Assembly: GCA_040752415.1 (NCBI GenBank)
Contig: JBFMGU010000015.1
Span: forward strand, 1-64,000
DNA from: Myxococcota bacterium
GTDB lineage: Bacteria; Myxococcota; JACRCW01
Length of the DNA: 64,000 nucleotides
Direction: 5' to 3'
Part shown: positions 54,856-64,000 of the stretch, piece by piece
Layout: each line of letters starts with the position of its first letter
How positions within the stretch are numbered: the first letter of the stretch is position 1
Notes under the pieces: generated by a model
What the model was told of the DNA's origin: nothing
The model's input: only the letters and a program-made list of their open reading frames with translations
Database searches by the model: none
Program-made: the position numbers and the translations under genes

Positions 54856-56250
54856 ATGGCCACCCGTCTTGAAACCGACAGCATGGGCAGCATCCCCGTG
54901 GAGGAGGACCGCTACTGGGGCGCGCAGACGCAACGCAGCCTGCAGAACTTCCGCATTGGCCAGGAGCGTTTCCCGCGTGTCTTCCTCCGCGCCTACGGGC
55001 TCTTCAAGCAGGCCGCCGCCGAGGTCAACGCGGAGCTGGCTGAGCTCCCCCGTGACATCGCCGAGCTCATCATCCGCGCCGCTGACGACGTCATCTCCGG
55101 CCGCCTCGACGATCACTTCCCGCTGGTGGTGTGGCAGACGGGCAGCGGCACGCAGACCAACATGAACGTCAATGAGGTCATCTCCAACCGCGCCATCGAG
55201 CTGGCCGGCGGAGTGCTGGGAAGCAAGACGCCGGTGCATCCCAATGACCACGTCAACCGCGGGCAGAGCAGCAATGACAGCTTCCCCACCGTCATGCACC
55301 TGGCCGCCGCGCTGGCCGTGCAGGAGGAACTGCTCCCCGCCGTGGACGCGTTGTGCGGCACGCTGGAGGACAAGGCGCGCCAGTTTGATGACGTCATCAA
55401 GATCGGCCGCACGCACCTGCAGGACGCCACACCGCTGACGCTGGGCCAGGAGATGAGCGGATGGGTGGCGCAGCTGAGGACGGGCCAGGCCGCCATCACG
55501 ACGACGTTGCCGATGGTCTACCAGCTGGCCGTGGGCGGCACCGCGGTGGGTACCGGGCTGAACAGTCACGTCGAGTTCGCGCGGAGGATGGCGGACCGGC
55601 TCGCGCGCAAGACGGGCCTGCCGCTGGTGACCGCGCCCAACAAGTTCGCGGCGCTGGCGGGTCATGAGGCGCTGGTGATGCTCTCCGGAGCGCTCAACAC
55701 GCTGGCGTGCGCGTACATGAAGGTGGCCAATGACGTGCGCTGGTTGGCTTCCGGGCCGCGCTCCGGGCTGGGCGAGATTTCCATCCCGGAGAATGAGCCC
55801 GGGTCCTCCATCATGCCGGGAAAGGTGAACCCCACGCAGAGCGAGGCCGCGACGATGGTGTGCTGCCAGGTGATGGGCAACCACACCGCGGTGACGGTGG
55901 CGGGGAGCCAGGGGAACTTCGAGCTCAACGTCTACAAGCCGGTGATCATCCACAACGTGCTGCAATCCACGCGGCTGCTCGCCGACAGCATGCGCATGTT
56001 CAACGAGCATTGCGCGGTGGGCATCACGCCCAACCGGGCGCGCATCCAGGAGTTGATGAACCAGAGCCTCATGCTGGTCACCGCGCTCAATCCGCACATT
56101 GGCTACGACAACGCCGCGCGCGTGGCCAAGAAGGCGCACCAGGAGGGAATCACGCTGCGGGAAGCCGCCAAGGCGTTGGGCCTCCTCACCGACGAGCAGT
56201 TTGACCAATGGGTCCGGCCCGAGCGGATGGTGCGACCGGGATCCCATTGA
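54856..56250 (+). CDS. fumC: Class II fumarate hydratase
   Basis: [39 protein letters not shown]. Confidence 0.97.
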   Translation: MATRLETDSMGSIPVEEDRYWGAQTQRSLQNFRIGQERFPRVFLRAYGLFKQAAAEVNAELAELPRDIAELIIRAADDVISGRLDDHFPLVVWQTGSGTQTNMNVNEVISNRAIELAGGVLGSKTPVHPNDHVNRGQSSNDSFPTVMHLAAALAVQEELLPAVDALCGTLEDKARQFDDVIKIGRTHLQDATPLTLGQEMSGWVAQLRTGQAAITTTLPMVYQLAVGGTAVGTGLNSHVEFARRMADRLARKTGLPLVTAPNKFAALAGHEALVMLSGALNTLACAYMKVANDVRWLASGPRSGLGEISIPENEPGSSIMPGKVNPTQSEAATMVCCQVMGNHTAVTVAGSQGNFELNVYKPVIIHNVLQSTRLLADSMRMFNEHCAVGITPNRARIQELMNQSLMLVTALNPHIGYDNAARVAKKAHQEGITLREAAKALGLLTDEQFDQWVRPERMVRPGSH

Positions 56251-56449
56251 GGGCTTCCGTGTTGCGGTGGTGATCGGCGGTCGTTATCAATGTGGGCATC
56301 AACCCTCCTGGTTGTCGTTGTCGGTTGAGACGGGTCCGGGGTCCACCTTCATGCGCGGGTGGACCCCATTTTCTTTTCTGCGCACCGCGTCACCTTGCGC
56401 GCTCGCAACCCGTTTGTTGCGCCGCCAATCCGCGCTACGACCACCTCGC

Positions 56450-57346
56450 ATGACGCCCCGCGCCGCTCCCTGGCTCACGTTCGCCATTCGCATCTGGCGC
56501 CGGGCGGAGGCGCATGACGTCTTCGGTCGGGCGGCGCAGCTCAGCTACTACCTGCTGCTGGCGGTGTTCCCCGCGCTGCTCTTCATCACCGCGCTGTTCG
56601 GGCTGATGGCGGAGACCGGCACCGCGCTCCGGGACGCGCTCTTCACCCGCCTGCAACAGGTGATGCCGCCCTCCGCGCTGGACCTCGTCGACGGGACACT
56701 GCGCGAGATTTCCGCCGGCGCCGGCGGTGGGAAGCTCTCCCTGGGCGTGCTGGGGACGGTGTGGGCCGCGGCGCGCGGCATGCGGGCCATCCAGTCCGCG
56801 CTGAACGTGGCCTACGGCGTGCGGGAGACGCGCGGATGGTGGCGCGCGCGCGTGACGTCGGTGCTGCTCACCGTGGCCATTCCCGTCTTCATGATCACCG
56901 GCATGGTCCTGGCGCTCTACGGGAGCCGGATTGCGCGCGCGCTGGCCACGCACCTGGGCTTCTCCTCGCTGTTCACCTTCGCGTGGGAGCTCCTGCAGTG
57001 GCCGCTGGCCGCGTTCTTCGTCGTGGCGGCGTTCAACCTGGTGGACCACTTTGCCCCCGCGCGGAAGCGACGCTGGCGCTGGGTCACCTCCGGTGCCACC
57101 GCCGGCGCGGCGTTGTGGCTCGTGGCCTCCGTGGGACTGCGCATCTACCTCTCGTACTTTGACACCTACAGCGCCACGTACGGTTCCCTGGGTGCGGTCA
57201 TCGTCCTGATGGTGTGGCTCTACCTGACCGGTATTGCCATCCTGGTGGTGGGGGAGGTCAACGCGGAGCTGGAGTCCACGTCGTCACAAGCCGCGCTCAT
57301 TCCTCACGGTGACCGCCCAGGCGCAGCAGCATCAGGAACAGGTTGA
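56450..57346 (+). CDS. YihY/BrkB-family membrane protein
   Basis: AAQLSYY.LL..FP, ALNVAYGV.E.R, YSATYGSLGAVIVLMVWLY. Confidence 0.9.
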   Translation: MTPRAAPWLTFAIRIWRRAEAHDVFGRAAQLSYYLLLAVFPALLFITALFGLMAETGTALRDALFTRLQQVMPPSALDLVDGTLREISAGAGGGKLSLGVLGTVWAAARGMRAIQSALNVAYGVRETRGWWRARVTSVLLTVAIPVFMITGMVLALYGSRIARALATHLGFSSLFTFAWELLQWPLAAFFVVAAFNLVDHFAPARKRRWRWVTSGATAGAALWLVASVGLRIYLSYFDTYSATYGSLGAVIVLMVWLYLTGIAILVVGEVNAELESTSSQAALIPHGDRPGAAASGTG

Positions 57347-58013
57347 TGAAGTCCAGGTAGAGCGTGAGGGCGCCGGAAAGCGCGCTGCGCTCCACGTTGC
57401 CACGGCTCCCGATCAGTGACGCCTCGTGCGCGCGCAGGATGCGTTGCGTGTCATACGCGGTGAGCGCCACGAAGGCGATGACGCCCACGACGGAGATGAT
57501 GAACGCCATCGCGTTGTTCTGCAGGAAGATGTTCACCAGGCTGGCCAGGATGATGCCAATGACTCCCATCATCCCAAAGCTTCCCCACGACGTGAGGTCG
57601 CGCCGCGCCACCATGCCCCACGCGCTCATGGCGCCAAACATGCCCGCCGTCACCACCAGCGTCCCGACAATCGACGTGGCGGTGTACGCCAGGAACACGC
57701 CGGAGAGCATCATGCCGTTGAGCACCGCGTAGCTGAGCAGCATGAGCGCCGCGGTCCCGGTGGCGACGCGGTGGGCCAACGCGGAGTACGCGAACACCAT
57801 CACCAACGTGGCCACCATCAACGCACCCACGCCAAAGGGCGTGAAGACCAGCGCGCGCAGGGCGGGAACGGTGATGGTGGCAAAGGCGCTGGCCGCGCTG
57901 ATGAAGAGGCCCAGCGTCATGTAGCCGTAGACGCGTGCCATGTAGCGCTGCGTGACGCTCAGCCCCGCGCGCTCGCGTGGAATGCTCCAGGTGTCCTGAC
58001 CGTAGGTGGCCAT
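57297..58013 (-). CDS. Bax inhibitor-1/YccA-family membrane protein
   Basis: VYGYM..GL, RDLTSWG, TAYDTQ, GALTLYLDFINLF. Confidence 0.92.
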   Translation of the reverse strand: MATYGQDTWSIPRERAGLSVTQRYMARVYGYMTLGLFISAASAFATITVPALRALVFTPFGVGALMVATLVMVFAYSALAHRVATGTAALMLLSYAVLNGMMLSGVFLAYTATSIVGTLVVTAGMFGAMSAWGMVARRDLTSWGSFGMMGVIGIILASLVNIFLQNNAMAFIISVVGVIAFVALTAYDTQRILRAHEASLIGSRGNVERSALSGALTLYLDFINLFLMLLRLGGHREE

Positions 58014-58101
58014 GGTGGTTCTCCTCGAGGCCGCAAGGAAGGCACTCACCGGTGCCCCGGCAACCTTCCGGAGCCCCGGTGAGTTTCTGGGGGAGTTGGG
58101 C

Positions 58102-58539
58102 TCACTGGATGTTCTTGCGTCCCGCACGGAAGCCGTACTTGACCGCGTCCTTGATCTCCTCCCAGGTACGCCCGGTCTTGAGATCGTTCCACTCGGTCTT
58201 CAGCTTGGCCGCCAGCGTGTCATCCCAGTCCTTGTAGTCGGTGTACTGCGACGACGCGCCGTAGCCGTAACGGATCGCATCCTCGTCCCGGTCAAAATCA
58301 AAGAAACCCTGACCGGACGTCGTGGACGGCTTGCCTGCGGCCTGCTTCAACGTCTCGCCCACGTCCTGCTTGATGTCCGCGCCCTTCCTGCCCGCGGTCA
58401 GGTCGTGCTTGGTCTGCTCCCAGTCACGACGGATGGCCGCCTTGGCGCGCTCCCAGCCGGAGGTGTAATCGTCACGCCACCACTTGGGCCGCGTCACCGA
58501 CGGAGCTCCAACTTCCTTCCCTGGCTCGCGCTGCATCAT
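58102..58539 (-). CDS. Hypothetical hydrophilic protein (possibly stress-related)
   Basis: WERAKAAIRRDWEQTK, AIRYGYG, WEEIKDAVKYG; RBS GGAGG. Confidence 0.7.
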   Translation of the reverse strand: MMQREPGKEVGAPSVTRPKWWRDDYTSGWERAKAAIRRDWEQTKHDLTAGRKGADIKQDVGETLKQAAGKPSTTSGQGFFDFDRDEDAIRYGYGASSQYTDYKDWDDTLAAKLKTEWNDLKTGRTWEEIKDAVKYGFRAGRKNIQ

Positions 58540-58615
58540 GACACCTCCCTCCTTTCATCCGGGGATGTAACCAGGCGTGACGACGGGGTCACTGCGGGAA
58601 GGAAGGCGTGCGCGC

Positions 58616-59167
58616 TCAGTCCAGGTACGCGCCCAGCCTGCGGAACACCACCGCGTGCAGCGTGAGCGTGAGCCCGTAGACCACGTGCGCCACCCAGCTC
58701 CAGAACGTGGGGATGTTCTCCGCCCAGATGTTGTGCCCGTGCAGCGCCTGGAACGCGGGCGGGAGGACCATGTTCACGTCCACCACCTGCGCCAGCACGC
58801 CCACCATGAGGCCCAGCGGCAGCAGCGACGGGAAACGCCGCACGTTGAGCGCAAACACCAGCGCGCCCGCCACCAGTCCCCACAACAGCGAGGGGCCCAT
58901 GAGGTGCAGCACCACCGCCGCCACCAGGCTGGGGAGGTGCGCGGCCTCGGTGGCGGTGTCGCCAAACACGAACGCGCCAATCACCTGCAGCGGCACCAGC
59001 GGGCTGCGGCCCATGGCCAGGGGAAAGGCCACCACCAGCACCGTCATCATCACCACGCCGGCAAGCTCCCCGGTGATGGCGCCCGCGGCCAGGTCACGCG
59101 CCAGCAGCGCGCGGGAGTGCTCCGCCTGGCCCAATCCCTGCGTTCGTCCCAGCTGCACGTACGGCAT
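58616..59167 (-). CDS. Hypothetical four-TM membrane protein
   Basis: Four hydrophobic helices with His residues (VLHL, AHVVYG). Confidence 0.7.
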   Translation of the reverse strand: MPYVQLGRTQGLGQAEHSRALLARDLAAGAITGELAGVVMMTVLVVAFPLAMGRSPLVPLQVIGAFVFGDTATEAAHLPSLVAAVVLHLMGPSLLWGLVAGALVFALNVRRFPSLLPLGLMVGVLAQVVDVNMVLPPAFQALHGHNIWAENIPTFWSWVAHVVYGLTLTLHAVVFRRLGAYLD

Positions 59168-59191
59168 GGTCTGTTCCTCGTCGGGTGGGCA

Positions 59192-59665
59192 CTACGGGTG
59201 GTGCTCGCTGCCGCGCGCGGGAGGGACGGGCGGGCGCGGCGTGGTGAGCCTGCGCAGCTCCATCTCCTCGCCCATCTCGTCGAGACGGCCGGTGCCCAGG
59301 TCATCCCGCGCCACCGGGAACAACGCGCTCTCCTCCAGGGCCACGTGCGCTTCCACCACCTGGATGAGCTGGCGCATGGTGCGGTCAAAGGCCTCGTCGT
59401 CGGGCTTCAGCAGGGACAGCTCGTCCAGGAGTTCGCGCACCTCGCGGTGATCCCGCTGCGCGGCCTGCACGCGTTCCAGTCCGCGCTCCACCTCCGCCAG
59501 CGCGGGATAGAACAGCTCCTCCTCCAGCTGGCTGTGCAGCTCCAGGCGTGTGCGGATCTCCCGCAGCAGCTGCAGCTCGTGGCCGCGCGTGGAGAGGTAC
59601 TCGCTGAACAGGTCGCGCAGGGCGCGGTGGTCGCGCTTGAGCTGCTCGGTGGCGCGGATGGTCAT
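59192..59665 (-). CDS. Hemerythrin/HHE cation-binding protein
   Basis: DH...HSQLEEELFYP...DH...HVALEE..LFP. Confidence 0.88.
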   Translation of the reverse strand: MTIRATEQLKRDHRALRDLFSEYLSTRGHELQLLREIRTRLELHSQLEEELFYPALAEVERGLERVQAAQRDHREVRELLDELSLLKPDDEAFDRTMRQLIQVVEAHVALEESALFPVARDDLGTGRLDEMGEEMELRRLTTPRPPVPPARGSEHHP

Positions 59666-60061
59666 GCGGTCCTCCGTGGCGGTGATCCCGCGTCAACCAC
59701 CTTGCGTGAGGCCACAGCGGCGTGGGGCGCGGACGCGGACGGTCTCGCCGCAACGCAGGAATCCCGGCGTTTATAACCAGCCGTCACGACGAGGGCAGGG
59801 AGGTGCCGCGCCCGGGCCATCACTGCGGCGCGGCCAGCTCAAGACGGAGCCCGCAGCGGTTGGGCCACTCGCTGGCAGCGCTTCCTCAACACGCGTTCCA
59901 TGCTGCGCATTTCCGCGTGGCGTCGGATGTCGCGCGTGTTCCCACGTTGTGGCACCACGCTCCCGCACACCGCGCAGGATGTTCTGCGGTCGGGGTTTCT
60001 CGCCGGTATGACAGGCCGGCAAACGCGCTTCACGTTCCGCGTTCAAACGCGTGAGGACCAC

Positions 60062-61672
<1,611 letters not shown>

Positions 61673-61756
61673 GCTTCTGAGGCAGTCCCAAGCACGCGCG
61701 GCCATGAACCCGGCGTCGCGAGTGCTTCCGTGCGCCAGCCGGGTGGAAGACACGTC

Positions 61757-63061
61757 ATGAAAGAGACCAGCGCATCATCTGGGCGTGCACCCATCAATCC
61801 GCAGAACCGCTCGCCGGTGGACTTCCCCGACACCCGTCGCTGGGAGGGCATCACCCGGCCGTACACGGTGGAGGACGTGCACAGGCTGCGCGGCTCGGTC
61901 CGCATCCAGCACACGCTGGCGGAGATGGGAGCGCGGCGACTGTGGCAGCTGCTCACCACGGAGGACTTCGTGGCGGCGCTGGGCGCGGTGAGTGGCAACC
62001 AGGCCATGCAGATGGCGCGCGCGGGATTGAAGTCCATCTACGTGAGCGGTTGGCAGGTGGCGGCGGATGCCAATGTTGCGGGGCATACCTACCCGGACCA
62101 GAGCCTCTACCCGGCCAACAGCGTGCCCACGCTGGTGCGACGCATCAACCAGGCGCTGCAGCGCGCGGACCAGGTGGATCACGCGGAAGGACGCAAGGAA
62201 CGGGACTGGTTCCTGCCGCTCATGGCCGACGCGGAGGCGGGCTTTGGCGGACCGCTGAATGCCTTCGAGCTGATGAAGTCGTTGATCGAGGCGGGCGCGG
62301 CGGGCGTGCACTACGAGGACCAGCTGTCCAGCGAGAAGAAATGCGGTCACCTGGGCGGGAAGGTGCTGGTGCCCACCAGCCAATTCATCCGCACGCTGAT
62401 TGCCGCGCGGCTGGCCGCCGACGTCATGGGAGTGCCCACGCTGCTGGTGGGGCGGACGGATGCGCACAGCGCGCGGCTCATCACGTCCGACGTGGACCCG
62501 CTCGATCATCCGTTCATCGTGAAGAACAAGCGGACCGCGGAAGGGTTCTTTGTGCTGGAGGGCGGCCTCAAGTGCGCCATTGCGCGCGGGCTGGCCTATG
62601 CGCCGTACGCGGACATCATCTGGTGTGAGACGTCCACGCCGGACCTGAAGGAGGCGCGGGAGTTCGCGGAAGGGATCCACGCCAAGTTCCCGGGGAAGCT
62701 GCTGGCGTACAACTGCTCGCCGTCATTCCACTGGAAGAAGCATCTTGACGACGCCACGGTGGCGCGCTTCCAGCGTGAGCTTGGCGCCATGGGATACAAG
62801 TACCAGTTCGTGACGCTGGCGGGGTTCCACGCGTTGAATCACAGCATGTTCGAGCTGGCGCGCGGGTACCGCGACGAGGGCATGACCGCGTACACCCGGC
62901 TGCAGCAGGCGGAGTTCGCCGCGGAGAAGGACGGCTACACCGCCACGCGGCACCAGCGGGAGGTGGGGACGGGCTACTTTGACCAGGTTGCGGAGGTGAT
63001 TTCCTGCGGGACGGCCAGCACGCTGGCGCTCGCGGAGTCCACGGAGACGCAGCAGTTCTGA
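61757..63061 (+). CDS. aceA: Isocitrate lyase
   Basis: [31 protein letters not shown]. Confidence 0.97.
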   Translation: MKETSASSGRAPINPQNRSPVDFPDTRRWEGITRPYTVEDVHRLRGSVRIQHTLAEMGARRLWQLLTTEDFVAALGAVSGNQAMQMARAGLKSIYVSGWQVAADANVAGHTYPDQSLYPANSVPTLVRRINQALQRADQVDHAEGRKERDWFLPLMADAEAGFGGPLNAFELMKSLIEAGAAGVHYEDQLSSEKKCGHLGGKVLVPTSQFIRTLIAARLAADVMGVPTLLVGRTDAHSARLITSDVDPLDHPFIVKNKRTAEGFFVLEGGLKCAIARGLAYAPYADIIWCETSTPDLKEAREFAEGIHAKFPGKLLAYNCSPSFHWKKHLDDATVARFQRELGAMGYKYQFVTLAGFHALNHSMFELARGYRDEGMTAYTRLQQAEFAAEKDGYTATRHQREVGTGYFDQVAEVISCGTASTLALAESTETQQF

Positions 63062-63079
63062 AGTGGCTGGAGGTGCGGG

Positions 63080-63114
63080 CGGCCGTCGGTTTCTCGTCGA
63101 GAGACCGGCGGCCG
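63080..63114. terminator. Hairpin between convergent aceA and tolC-like genes, possible bidirectional terminator
   Basis: CGGCCGTCGGTTTCTC-GTC-GAGAGACCGGCGGCCG, 16-bp stem including G-U pairs. Confidence 0.6.
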
Positions 63115-63145
63115 TTGCCGTTCGGGTCAACGTCATCGTCCGCCC

Positions 63146-64000
63146 TCACTTCGCCGTCACCGCATCCATCGCCGCCAGCTCCGCCTCCGCATCCGCCAGG
63201 TCCCGCCGCGCGTCCAGCATGTCCAGCCTCGCCTTCAGGGCGCGGTCCCTGGCCATCAACTCGTCGACGAGGGAGAACTGCCCCGCCGCTCTTGCCTCCT
63301 GCGCGGACTGCCGTGCCTGCTCCGCCAGCTCCAGCGCCTTCTTCAGCTCCAGGATCCTCGCCGCGGCCGCGTCCGCCTGCGCCTCCATCTGGATCCGTTC
63401 CATCTCCACGCGCTGCCGGGCCTGCGCGGCCTCCTCCTGTCGCTGCCGCGACAACGCACGCGCCTCCGCCGCCTCGGCTCCGTTGATGTTGAACACCGGG
63501 ATGGGGAACGCCACGGAGGCCACGAGCTGGTGCTCATAGGTCCCTCCCAACAGCGCGTCGCGAGGCACGGGCGCGGGGTAGACCGCGGGGAACCCGTTCC
63601 GGTTGAGCTGGTAGCTCACAAAGGTCCTCACCTTCGGTATCGCCTCCGCGCGGATCTCCGACGCCGTGGCCTGCGCCACCGCCGCGTCCCGCGCCAGCAC
63701 CATCACCTCGGGATGATTGGCCGCGGTGAACGTTCCCCGACGAGGTCTCTCGGTTGGCAGCGGGTCCAGCGGCTCCTGCACCGCCGAGGTGCGTCCCATG
63801 GCCCGCGCCAACGCCGCGCGCGCGCCCAGCCGGAGCACCTCCGCTTCCCGCACCTCCGCGGCTTGCAGCGCCTGGTCTGCTTCCGCGGTCTGCAGGTCCA
63901 TGGGCGCGGCGTGTCCCAGTCCCACCTGCTGCCGGATGACGTCGGCGCGCTGCTGCGCGTCCTGGAGCGCCATCTGCCTGGCCTCCAGGAGATCGTCGGC
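63146..64000 (-). CDS. TolC-family outer-membrane efflux protein (5' end outside window)
   Basis: Coiled-coil helices, NHPE, IP.V......VAFPIPVFN, AGQFSLVDEL.A pattern. Confidence 0.8.
   Translation of the reverse strand, partial: ADDLLEARQMALQDAQQRADVIRQQVGLGHAAPMDLQTAEADQALQAAEVREAEVLRLGARAALARAMGRTSAVQEPLDPLPTERPRRGTFTAANHPEVMVLARDAAVAQATASEIRAEAIPKVRTFVSYQLNRNGFPAVYPAPVPRDALLGGTYEHQLVASVAFPIPVFNINGAEAAEARALSRQRQEEAAQARQRVEMERIQMEAQADAAAARILELKKALELAEQARQSAQEARAAGQFSLVDELMARDRALKARLDMLDARRDLADAEAELAAMDAVTAK

Overview
High-GC, gene-dense bacterial window, probably from Myxococcota (two MYXO-CTERM-type sorting tails, an AgmX/PglI-like C-terminal domain, a DUF4388 protein, several Hanks-type kinases). 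About 60 CDS are supported. Housekeeping genes: guaB, guaA, a MoaD/ThiS-type sulfur carrier with a cysteine synthase, tdh-kbl, fumC and aceB-aceA. Accessory genes: secreted Cys/Ser-rich proteins, a kinase-STAND-TPR protein, an atypical subtilase with FG-GAP repeats, a ferredoxin-udgX pair, and a microaerobic respiration region (ccoI-S-NO-Q-P-G, DsbD_2-type membrane protein, USP, CBS, a cytochrome c). The main finding is invisible in the ORF track: two adjacent ORFs (31071-31553 and 31572-31856) form one reading frame (31383-31856) for a TlpA/ResA-like thioredoxin lipoprotein. Its first redox-active residue is an in-frame TGA (W-L-P-G-U-A-S-C), followed by a hairpin matching a bacterial SECIS element. 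This candidate selenoprotein sits beside a cbb3 oxidase cluster that has no ccoH in this window and carries three sigma54-like promoters. No rRNA, tRNA, CRISPR array or mobile element was recognised. All family assignments come from motif recognition by eye; no database searches were run.
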